Of a stretch of DNA of 64,000 nucleotides, positions 19,972-27,506 are shown in pieces (position 1 is the first letter of the stretch; each line of letters starts with the position of its first letter). The DNA is taken from IMG/VR virus record IMGVR_UViG_3300031758_000022, positions 39,023-103,022 of that record; one strand, given 5' to 3'. The DNA is from a virus. The notes beneath the pieces are model-generated. The model saw nothing but the letters and a program-made list of their open reading frames with translations, was not told where the DNA came from and did no database searches. The translations under genes were made by a program, and so were the position numbers.

Positions 19972-20060
19972 TTCCCTATACAAGATTTGAACTTGTATCC
20001 TACCATAAGGTAGATGTTACTCTCAATGCCAGTATTTATTCCTGGTTACACCAATAGGGA
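19972..20060 (-). ncRNA. tRNA-like RNA with expanded D-loop and 4-nt anticodon loop
   Basis: Acceptor TCCCTAT/ATAGGGA; T-arm ACAAG-TTCAAAT-CTTGT; D-stem GTGT/ACAT with inserted CCAG..CTGG hairpin; anticodon arm CTACC-TTAT-GGTAG. Confidence 0.65.
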
Positions 20061-20064
20061 TCTT

Positions 20065-20172
20065 AAGTCAAGACAGGATTTTACCTGTATGATATACACT
20101 TTGCAGGCAACCTAATCAATGATTCAAGGCTGTATATCTTACCACATTAGCGTCTAATTCCGCCACCTGACT
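20065..20172 (-). ncRNA. tRNA-Leu-like RNA lacking a canonical anticodon arm
   Basis: AGTCAGG/CTTGACT acceptor; TGGCGGAATTAGACGC D-arm; long GATATACA/TGTATATC arm; T-like arm ACAGG-TAAAAT-CCTGT. Confidence 0.55.
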
Positions 20173-20179
20173 ATTTACT

Positions 20180-20422
20180 TCAATACTTTAAAAGAGTAAT
20201 GCTATAATCTCCACAGATTTTCTTGAGAGAAGAATCTTGGGCGGTAAATGTGATACATACCGCTGATACTTGCTTGAAGTCATTGGTATAATACTTATTC
20301 CGGCCAGCATCTTCTACAAGATATAGATAGTCTGATGGATGTGAGTTTAGAAATACAACAGGATCAGGTGAGTATAGCTTACACCCAGTAAGCATCATCA
20401 CTAATACTATTAAATATTTCAT
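20180..20422 (-). CDS. Putative lipoprotein
   Basis: MKYLIVLVMMLTGC lipobox. Confidence 0.6.
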   Translation of the reverse strand: MKYLIVLVMMLTGCKLYSPDPVVFLNSHPSDYLYLVEDAGRNKYYTNDFKQVSAVCITFTAQDSSLKKICGDYSITLLKY

Positions 20423-20426
20423 TGTC

Positions 20427-20705
20427 TTACCAGATTATTGAAACAGCATGATCTGGTACTAGGAAAAAGAAATCTTCCTCAATCTGAATGACCTCTGAGT
20501 GTGCAATAGCTGCACCTACATATACTAGGTCACCTGGTTTGATGTCTGTTACATCATCACCTACAGCAAACACTTCAAGCTTACTGTATTTCATCATTAG
20601 ATCTTTTTCAAGACTAGCCTCCATCTCAGGAGTTAGTTCTATTAAAGATTCTTTTCTAACAATTGGCTTCTTAATAAGAATTCGTTTGCCTCTAACTTTT
20701 TGCAT
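20427..20705 (-). CDS. groES: GroES / Cpn10-like co-chaperonin
   Basis: RG.RILI..., EVFAVGDDV.DIKPGDLVY. Confidence 0.75.
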   Translation of the reverse strand: MQKVRGKRILIKKPIVRKESLIELTPEMEASLEKDLMMKYSKLEVFAVGDDVTDIKPGDLVYVGAAIAHSEVIQIEEDFFFLVPDHAVSIIW

Positions 20706-20740
20706 AATTTGATGGTTTTAGACCGTAAATGTACAATAAT

Positions 20741-21124
20741 TTATATTGATACAATATAATAAAAGAATGCTAAATCAGCATACATAACCATCAGATAAGC
20801 TCTATCACCTTCTTTATTAAGTCCAACATCAACATGACATCTTATCCCTTCATCATCCTTACCATAGAAGGTAGTAGACTTAGAGTTTTGATTGTATGTA
20901 CCCTCAATATTGATGATGTATAGGTGCTCAGCATAAATGATTACCCTTGACTTCTCTATACCAATCCTAATTGTAGGATAGGTAGCAGGACTCCAATTGT
21001 ATTCAGTTTCATACTCTTTTTTAACACCAATGTTGGCCTGTGTAGTTTCAAACCACACAGTCTCCTGGCAAAAAGCGCTAGTTGTTATGACAACAAATAG
21101 TAATATCAGTATAAGTTTTTTCAT
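20741..21124 (-). CDS. Secreted/periplasmic protein
   Basis: Signal peptide MKKLILILLFVVITTSAFC followed by Gln (Bacteroidota Q-rule style). Confidence 0.6.
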   Translation of the reverse strand: MKKLILILLFVVITTSAFCQETVWFETTQANIGVKKEYETEYNWSPATYPTIRIGIEKSRVIIYAEHLYIINIEGTYNQNSKSTTFYGKDDEGIRCHVDVGLNKEGDRAYLMVMYADLAFFYYIVSI

Positions 21125-21384
21125 TATTTCTTTGTTTTATAAACTAAATCACAGACTTCTATATACTCTAAATGTTTCATTTGAAGATATCTGTTAAGAA
21201 TCCGGGCCTTTGCCTCTAAATCCTCAACACTGTCTTTTAATGACTGAACATAAGAATAATCTGTTTTATGCTTAATCAATTTAGTGGGCTCTTTAGCACT
21301 CAAACTAAATTGAACTCCTATAATAGCAAGTATTATGATAATAATTACTATTATTGTTACATACTTAAAATTTGTTATTTTCAT
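21124..21384 (-). CDS. Membrane-anchored protein
   Basis: Ile-rich N-terminal TM. Confidence 0.55.
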   Translation of the reverse strand: MKITNFKYVTIIVIIIIILAIIGVQFSLSAKEPTKLIKHKTDYSYVQSLKDSVEDLEAKARILNRYLQMKHLEYIEVCDLVYKTKK

Positions 21385-21399
21385 AGCTTTTAGAATTGA

Positions 21400-21570
21400 T
21401 TAATTATCTACCGGCCAATAATAATCACAGGTAACTTTACCTTCATTATCTTCATCCCATTGAAAATCTCCATAGGATTGTCTAAATGGATTTGGTTCTG
21501 CAACAAATCTGTAACAAGTTAATCTCAAAGGACAAGTCTTGTTATCACACATTGCGGTATCTGGACTCAT
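21400..21570 (-). CDS. Small Cys-rich protein (56 aa, not in the ORF track)
   Basis: MSPDTAMCDNKTCPLRLTCYRF...CDYYW. Confidence 0.6.
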   Translation of the reverse strand: MSPDTAMCDNKTCPLRLTCYRFVAEPNPFRQSYGDFQWDEDNEGKVTCDYYWPVDN

Positions 21571-21585
21571 TTTGTTGTTTAATTT

Positions 21586-21885
21586 TTATTCTAGACACTT
21601 AGGATAGATGCAGTTGTCATTCAATGTACAACTCTCACCTTCTTTCTTTATTCCATTCTTAGAGCATTTGTCATCTCCTTTGAATATAGGATGGATTGGT
21701 AGATAGTCTTCGTGGTGTATTGTCCGCACACCTTCTAGGTATGCCTCCACAATCTGCTCACGCTCCATTACCTTAGCCTTTTTAATAAATTCATCAAATG
21801 TTGACCAGTCTAAACTTAGATGTGAGGATGAGCCATATTCTTCAAGCTCTTTCTTTAACCAGTCAATTGCCGTTTGTTTACTCAT
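21586..21885 (-). CDS. KQTA(V/I)xWL-family protein, copy 2
   Basis: Start MSKQTAIDWL at 21885; AK.ME.EQI..A motif shared with the neighbouring gene. Confidence 0.65.
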   Translation of the reverse strand: MSKQTAIDWLKKELEEYGSSSHLSLDWSTFDEFIKKAKVMEREQIVEAYLEGVRTIHHEDYLPIHPIFKGDDKCSKNGIKKEGESCTLNDNCIYPKCLE

Positions 21886-22099
21886 TTTCACCTCCGTATG
21901 TTTCGTTGTAGTATTGTTCTGCTTGGTCATTAGTCCATTGAGTATGTGGGTGTTTATCAAACACTCTTTGTCCTTCGATATGGGCATCAATCATCTGCTC
22001 CTTCTCCATTTGCTTGGCTTGTTTAAATATATTCGTCCAAAATGGATGTTGCTCTTTTATTTGCTCTACAAGCCATTCAACTGCAGTCTGTTTACTCAT
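21878..22099 (-). CDS. KQTA(V/I)xWL-family protein, copy 1
   Basis: MSKQTAVEWL...QAKQMEKEQMIDAH...AEQYYNETY. Confidence 0.65.
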   Translation of the reverse strand: MSKQTAVEWLVEQIKEQHPFWTNIFKQAKQMEKEQMIDAHIEGQRVFDKHPHTQWTNDQAEQYYNETYGGENE

Positions 22100-22254
22100 T
22101 GTTTCTCCTTTAGATATTTAACAAAAGTTTGATTACTAAGATCCCAATGTTTACCATTGAAGTAAGCATTAACTCTATTAGTATTACCCATCATAGTTTT
22201 TGTTTCTACAATATACTTTCCTGGGTTTTCAGGAAGAGATTCTAACCATTCCAT
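22096..22254 (-). CDS. Small hypothetical protein (52 aa, not in the ORF track)
   Basis: MEWLESLPENPGKYIV..., ATGA overlap with the next gene. Confidence 0.55.
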   Translation of the reverse strand: MEWLESLPENPGKYIVETKTMMGNTNRVNAYFNGKHWDLSNQTFVKYLKEKQ

Positions 22255-22256
22255 GT

Positions 22257-22559
22257 TTAGTCTGTCTTAGGGTGTTTACCATTCCACCATTCATATTCTG
22301 AGTTTTCAGTCATGAATCTGATGTAATGATTGTCTTCATCTTTGATTTCTTCTAGTATTTCTACTATTGGAGTAGTCAACCAATAATCTTGATTGGCATA
22401 TGTCCTAGCAGTTACACTGCCTACAAGTATAGAACAACCAACTGTTGGTATATGGCTTACTACTTTATCATAAGTACCATCTTCTTTCCAAGCAATTGCT
22501 TCAGATCTACCGCCATGTTCTTCTACATTGTCTCTTAATCTACGTAAGTGGAATGCCAT
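22257..22559 (-). CDS. Hypothetical protein
   Basis: W.TT.IVEI...F.T.NS.Y pattern. Confidence 0.6.
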   Translation of the reverse strand: MAFHLRRLRDNVEEHGGRSEAIAWKEDGTYDKVVSHIPTVGCSILVGSVTARTYANQDYWLTTPIVEILEEIKDEDNHYIRFMTENSEYEWWNGKHPKTD

Positions 22560-22595
22560 AATAATATATGTGGTTTGATTTTAATGCAATAATAG

Positions 22596-22775
22596 TAATA
22601 AGTATGTAGAGAGAAGGGGAAACGTTATCCCCCTTCTGCTCACTAATTAAACTGAAAAACTAAAAACTTAATGTTTGAGTCCTAGACTGACTCATCATTA
22701 TGAGAGCACAACACTCTCTACATACTTATTAGCAAACTGTAGAATCCAAGATATTACTACCAAGGATTCTACAGT
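22596..22775 (-). ncRNA. Candidate structured intergenic RNA
   Basis: 18-bp perfect inverted repeat (22596-22613 / 22714-22731) enclosing two hairpins, plus a 12-bp hairpin at 22736-22775. Confidence 0.45.
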
Positions 22776-22795
22776 CTATTTTATAAAGACTATGC

Positions 22796-23524
22796 TCAAT
22801 AGTCTTTATAAGTTTTGTGTAGCAGATTCAAAAGATATCCCGTATCATGAGGAATTCTTTCAAAATCACTACTGCTCTTGAGAGCATTAATCATTCTGTT
22901 GTGATCATACTTGCTACCAAGAGATCTATAAACAGAACAAAAAGCTGTATGAAATTTATTACTATTGGTTTTAACAACAGAACTTGCTTCAATCAGATTT
23001 TTTGTAAGTACTTCAGAATCAGGCATATTTACTGTGAAATTACCATTTCTAATAGAAGTTAGACCTCTACCTGATGTAGCAGATCCTCCAAGAATGCTAG
23101 CAGAAATTGCTACAGAAAGACCATTTTTGATAAAATGTTCCTTAAGTCTAAAGTAATTCTCATTACCAAGACCACAATATGCATTAACATAATCTGTCAA
23201 TGTCCATTTTTGTTGAACATTATTCAGAGTAGCCATCATATCCACAATTGTTGATACAGAATCTGTTTCAACAACAATACAGTGTACTTTTTTAATACGC
23301 AATCTCTTAAGAGATTCAACCAAGTGCTGACCATCAACATTGTAATACTCAGCCTTACCAGTAATTGCTGTAGTATATGCAAGAACAGGAGTTCTTAATA
23401 TACCTACACGGGCAATTGATTTTACTAGTGCTTGGACATGTTTTTCATTTTTTGCTCTATTGAAAGTAAGCTCCTTGATTTTATCAACAGCTATTTCAAC
23501 AAATTTGTGCTTAGAAAATTCCAT
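22796..23524 (-). CDS. ParB/Srx-like N-terminal domain protein
   Basis: NR....HV..L..SI...G...P, VDGQH, LN..QQKW...DY. Confidence 0.65.
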   Translation of the reverse strand: MEFSKHKFVEIAVDKIKELTFNRAKNEKHVQALVKSIARVGILRTPVLAYTTAITGKAEYYNVDGQHLVESLKRLRIKKVHCIVVETDSVSTIVDMMATLNNVQQKWTLTDYVNAYCGLGNENYFRLKEHFIKNGLSVAISASILGGSATSGRGLTSIRNGNFTVNMPDSEVLTKNLIEASSVVKTNSNKFHTAFCSVYRSLGSKYDHNRMINALKSSSDFERIPHDTGYLLNLLHKTYKDY

Positions 23525-23565
23525 TTGTGTTTTACTTTTTGTGTTTTCTTAATTTAAATAGTAAT

Positions 23566-23602
23566 AAAAATAAGGGGACCGGATGTTTCACCGGTCCCTT
23601 AT
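23566..23602 (-). terminator. Intrinsic terminator closing the large ncRNA
   Basis: GGGACCGG/CCGGTCCC stem followed by a T-rich tail on the minus strand. Confidence 0.75.
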
Positions 23603-23615
23603 GGCATCACGTAGA

Positions 23616-24116
23616 GCTTGAGAGAAAGTATTAGAACACCCTAACATTATACATGTTAGGACATAAACAGTGCAATATTCTATACGAGTGTTAGGCATCT
23701 CAGCCAATTCCCTCCAATACTACAGTATACTTGTTCTCTACTGGTCACAAAGAGACCGTCCAATACCTCCATATAAAAATAGGAAAGGGTACACCTTCTT
23801 ACCGACACTTCATTTTTCCAGGAAAACCTGTCCAAAAACTTATTAATTAATACTTTAGAACATTACAGGATAAAACATCCCTTTACTGTTGTTAAACATT
23901 AATCAACATTACATACTTCCTATGTATTGTTCTTGCATAAAAAATCCACATCAAACTGCTACCTTTTCATTATGTTCTTCACGCCAGAGGTTTAGCAGCC
24001 TCAGCCCTAAACGTACAGAATAATATAATAACTACTAGGATATTAGCTGGCTTTTCTTATACTTTGCGTAGTAGGCATTTATGAGTGTAAGTCTTTCAAT
24101 ACACTGCCTCTCAAGC
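23616..24116 (-). ncRNA. Large (~500 nt) ornate structured ncRNA candidate
   Basis: No ORF of 60 aa or more; 9-bp terminal stem GCTTGAGAG/CTCTCAAGC; nested long-range stems, more than 10 local hairpins and a loop-loop complementarity. Confidence 0.65.
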
Positions 24117-24121
24117 AATTA

Positions 24122-24958
24122 TTATAACTCCAGAGTTTTTAACTTCTCTGGTATGTCAATGTTATAATGCATTTTAACATGTTTACAGCTTTCATGATAA
24201 TGAATAGTACTACAACCGCAGTTATGACCTTTTTCAAAATGTGTAGCAAAGTGTAAATCATAGTCTTTAGGGATATCACCCCATGCACCACCACATCCTT
24301 GACTTAAAACAAGAACCTTTTTTCCCTTAGGTACTAATTTTTTAATATGGCCTAAGTAGTAATTCAGATCATCTCCTGAAGGTAAACCTTTAGAACTGAT
24401 ACATAATCTACTGCCATAATAAATCTTAACACCTTTGATCTTTTTAGCTTCTTCAATCAATGTTCTATGAAACCCTTTATCAAGGCTATTGTAACCAACT
24501 GATTCATCTACAAATAGATAAAGCTCTTGTTTGGTTTCAACAGTCATCTTCTTTTCATATAAAGCAAGATGAGGTTCTGATAGTAATTTCTTGAACACAC
24601 GCGGATAATTAAGCTTATCTTCAATAAGAAATTCAACCTTTGATAGTCTGATTAATTCTCTTTTGATTAAAGCTCTTTTATTCTCTGCATCTACTTTGGT
24701 AGAATCCATTCCTTTACCTCTTGATTTGCTAGGATTTTCTTTACTCTTAGCAGGTTGAGGTTTTTTAACAGATTTTTTCTGAGAAGGATTCTCTTTTCTT
24801 AACCTAGTAGCTACGCTTTGTAGCACCTCCGGACTGAGATCATTAACAGAATCAGGAGACACATTATACTCTTTACCTTTATAAGTATGAGTAAAACTTT
24901 TACTTTCTGATTTCATATAATAATCATCAAAAAGTTGTTGTTGTCTAAAATGTGGCAT
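24122..24958 (-). CDS. Degenerate VWA-like protein
   Basis: KLNYPRV, LYLFVDESVG (DxSxG), VLVLSQG; adjacent to a MoxR ATPase. Confidence 0.5.
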   Translation of the reverse strand: MPHFRQQQLFDDYYMKSESKSFTHTYKGKEYNVSPDSVNDLSPEVLQSVATRLRKENPSQKKSVKKPQPAKSKENPSKSRGKGMDSTKVDAENKRALIKRELIRLSKVEFLIEDKLNYPRVFKKLLSEPHLALYEKKMTVETKQELYLFVDESVGYNSLDKGFHRTLIEEAKKIKGVKIYYGSRLCISSKGLPSGDDLNYYLGHIKKLVPKGKKVLVLSQGCGGAWGDIPKDYDLHFATHFEKGHNCGCSTIHYHESCKHVKMHYNIDIPEKLKTLEL

Positions 24959-25024
24959 ATAATAAAGTAAAAAAGGGGTGAGACCTGCATCCCACCCCTT
25001 GATTAATTAAAAAACAAATGCTTA

Positions 25025-25888
25025 TTAAAGCATTGAACCAACATACGCTTCAGTATTCATTTGATAAGTAGACCTTAAATAATGAATAAACTTTTTCTGG
25101 TCCTCTTCTTCTTGAGAAAACTTCCATAGTAAAGCTCTATACTTCAATTCTTGAGAAGCTTTTCTACTAATAGGACAAGATCCTATAAAGTACAACTCTT
25201 GAATTAAGTCAGCCACCTGATTTTGACTCGGTTTCTTTTCCACCTCAAGCTTTCTATAAGCCATAACTAGATCAATTAAGAAATTGAATTTGCTAGTATT
25301 ATATGGTACAGTAAGCATAAGCCTAACTTGTTCAATAAGTTCAGCTCTTTCTGGAAAATGGAATTCGCGAATCAAGGATATACGCCTGTCAAGAGCATCC
25401 TCTAGTTCTCTTCTCTTATTAGATGTAAGTACAATGAACAAATTGTTTTTGTTACCATGTATAACACCTGTAAGAGGATCATTTAGAAGACATTCTTGCA
25501 TATAAGACAAAAGAAAAGTATCCACAGAAGGTTTAGCCTTATCAATTTCATCAATCAATAATACAACCTTGTGTGTTTGAGACTTCTTTAATGCCTGTAG
25601 TAAGTAGCCATCTTTCATTGCATCACGGCCAGATGTGTTTACATCTGTCATTGCATCAACCAAAGTGCCTAAGTCCCAGTTGAATACAAGCTGCTCTGAT
25701 GATACACCGTCATAACACGGTGCAAAAATCAGCTCAGCCTGTAATTCAGAAGCTAGAAACTTAGCAAAGCTAGTTTTACCAGCACCTGGTTCACCAAACA
25801 AAAGCATACTAGGTACGCATACAGTAGGATTGTTCATCAAATACTTGATATAACTAATATCCTGCAGTTTACTTTGGCTAAGTATCAT
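25025..25888 (-). CDS. MoxR-family AAA+ ATPase (AAA_5)
   Basis: GEPGAGKT, LLIDEIDKA, LTSN..REL.DAL.RR. Confidence 0.85.
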   Translation of the reverse strand: MILSQSKLQDISYIKYLMNNPTVCVPSMLLFGEPGAGKTSFAKFLASELQAELIFAPCYDGVSSEQLVFNWDLGTLVDAMTDVNTSGRDAMKDGYLLQALKKSQTHKVVLLIDEIDKAKPSVDTFLLSYMQECLLNDPLTGVIHGNKNNLFIVLTSNKRRELEDALDRRISLIREFHFPERAELIEQVRLMLTVPYNTSKFNFLIDLVMAYRKLEVEKKPSQNQVADLIQELYFIGSCPISRKASQELKYRALLWKFSQEEEDQKKFIHYLRSTYQMNTEAYVGSML

Positions 25889-26511
25889 TACTTATCACCT
25901 CCTAATCTTTTCTTAAGACTAATTAAGGCTCTAAGTAACTCTTTAAGTTCTTCAGGAGCATCTTCAGGAATATCATCTTCAGATGATAATTCAGAAACAG
26001 ATTCTTTAGAAGTTCCGGCTTTGATTTTAATTTCATCTCCTCTTCCAAGAGAATCAAGATGCTTTTTCAATTCATCAAGATCTGAACTAATCTTAGAAGA
26101 AGCCATTCTTGTATGAACTCCTTCATACACAGAAACAAAACCAGCTACCATTAGAAAGAAATGAATCTCTGGATCATCCATATTAATAAGATGTTCAAGT
26201 ACCTTAGATCTAGCATAACTGCCTTCTTCAGGATTCTCTTCAGATTCTTTCTTGGCAAAATCATGAAAAATCTTTACTAATTTTTCCTCGGCCATTTCTT
26301 TAGCCCATTGTTTGGAATAGCCTATAGCCTTCCAAAAGTCTATCTCAGGAGTGTGGTCAAATGGCTTTCTCCCTTTAGAGAACTTTCCATTACCACCCTC
26401 ATCTGGCAGATTAGTTGCTGCCCACATAAACGCTTTGTTACTAATAAGATTAGTAGGAGCATTGCTCAAAGCCTCCATAACTTGATTTTTGTAGTTACTT
26501 CCTTGACTCAT
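25888..26511 (-). CDS. Hypothetical protein
   Basis: 207-aa ORF coupled to the ATPase gene. Confidence 0.6.
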   Translation of the reverse strand: MSQGSNYKNQVMEALSNAPTNLISNKAFMWAATNLPDEGGNGKFSKGRKPFDHTPEIDFWKAIGYSKQWAKEMAEEKLVKIFHDFAKKESEENPEEGSYARSKVLEHLINMDDPEIHFFLMVAGFVSVYEGVHTRMASSKISSDLDELKKHLDSLGRGDEIKIKAGTSKESVSELSSEDDIPEDAPEELKELLRALISLKKRLGGDK

Positions 26512-26521
26512 GTCTTTTTTA

Positions 26522-26704
26522 TTAAAGGATTAGTTTTTTGGACAAATTTTCAATTTCTTTTTCAATTCTCTGTCTGTCCTTGTCAGAGAGTTGAGTAGTT
26601 CCTGGAACTGTTTTTCCATCTACTTTTAAGGGTTTAGTCCCTTTTTGAAGTTGTGCTTGTAGTCTTGAAACTACATTTTTTCTGCGATTTGATATATCTG
26701 CCAT
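26522..26704 (-). CDS. Small basic protein
   Basis: RL.AQL.KGTK...LSDKD..RIEKEI..L. Confidence 0.55.
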   Translation of the reverse strand: MADISNRRKNVVSRLQAQLQKGTKPLKVDGKTVPGTTQLSDKDRQRIEKEIENLSKKLIL

Positions 26705-26769
26705 ATAGGTTATAAAGATTTCAAAACAAAAACAGGGTTGGCTCTATTTATAGAAACCAACCCTGCATT

Positions 26770-26925
26770 TTAACTAATCCACCCCTTTACATAAAAATGT
26801 CCTGAAATCAAGCCTGATCTTCTCTCATTCATTGAGACTTTAACTGATTTGTAACGGGTCAATAGTCTAGCATAAGCAGTTTGAATACTGCTATACTCAC
26901 GATTAGTAAATTGTATTTGCTTCAT
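26770..26925 (-). CDS. Small hypothetical protein (51 aa, not in the ORF track)
   Basis: MKQIQFTNREYSSIQTAYARLL..., followed by a hairpin. Confidence 0.45.
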   Translation of the reverse strand: MKQIQFTNREYSSIQTAYARLLTRYKSVKVSMNERRSGLISGHFYVKGWIS

Positions 26926-26949
26926 GGTTAAGGGATTAAACGTTAAATG

Positions 26950-27021
26950 CCCCTTTAGCAGGATTCGAACCTACACACTCTGTTTAAAAACAGTGCTCTA
27001 ACCAGTTGGAGCTATAAAGGG
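26950..27021 (-). tRNA. tRNA-like gene with a 3-nt-short anticodon arm (Lys-like, undetermined)
   Basis: Acceptor CCCTTTA/TAAAGGG; D-arm GCTC-CAACTGGTTA-GAGC; T-arm GTAGG-TTCGAAT-CCTGC; anticodon arm only 14 nt, CTGTT-TTTA-AACAG. Confidence 0.75.
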
Positions 27022-27047
27022 TGCCTATTTAGGTCAGGCTTCTACAC

Positions 27048-27299
27048 TTAATTCTGAGACAAACTAGAATAGAATTCTCTTCTCTCATTTTCTTCTTTCA
27101 TATTCTTCTGTACAGTTTGTATACAGGCAAGAGTATCTTCTGAACTGATTCTATATCCAATAACTCTTACACTATTATACTGAGTATCCTTTTCAGGAAC
27201 AAGCATAATATGAATAAATGAGTTTCTGGATGTCATCACTTTCCAACAAAGACCTAGCTTAAGGAAGAAATACTGTACTGAGATTTTAAAATATTGCAT
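27048..27299 (-). CDS. Hypothetical protein
   Basis: 83-aa ORF. Confidence 0.5.
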   Translation of the reverse strand: MQYFKISVQYFFLKLGLCWKVMTSRNSFIHIMLVPEKDTQYNSVRVIGYRISSEDTLACIQTVQKNMKEENERREFYSSLSQN

Positions 27300-27335
27300 A
27301 TACTTAAATTATTAGATTTGCATTACATAGCTAAA

Positions 27336-27473
27336 TTAAACATTTTCAGTAATATCCAATGAATAAACCTCATTTGTACCATAAAAAGCTGCACGAGCAA
27401 ATGCTAATTCACGGTTTGGTGTGCACATCTCAATATTATGTGCATTGAAGTAAAAGTAAATAGATCTTGTCAT
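27336..27473 (-). CDS. Small hypothetical protein (45 aa, not in the ORF track)
   Basis: MTRSIYFYF...TPNRELAFARA; A/C-rich leader. Confidence 0.45.
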   Translation of the reverse strand: MTRSIYFYFNAHNIEMCTPNRELAFARAAFYGTNEVYSLDITENV

Positions 27474-27506
27474 TTGACTAAGTATTTGGTTTTTAATTAA
27501 TTAACA

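Noticed and set aside
19956-20006. N-terminal extension of ORF 19560-20006 (similarly 38514-38642, 54135-54227, 21886-21990)
   Set aside because: The extensions run through a tRNA-like RNA, a terminator/promoter or an upstream gene; downstream ATGs have better leaders
22670-22702. Hammerhead ribozyme (minus strand ATGATGAGTC...GACTCAAAC)
   Set aside because: Lacks the exact CUGAUGA and GAAA core; better explained as a simple hairpin
23616-24116. tmRNA, RNase P RNA or group I/II intron
   Set aside because: No tRNA-Ala-like ends, GAGGAAAGUCC motif, P7 core or domain V recognised, and no interrupted gene on either side
26705-26715. Seventh copy of the early motif (ATAGGTTATAA)
   Set aside because: Partial match abutting the ATG, without the 25-27-nt spacing; not counted
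26950-27021. Ochre (UUA) suppressor tRNA
   Set aside because: TTA lies in a 4-nt loop that cannot form a canonical anticodon loop, and TAA is the dominant stop codon
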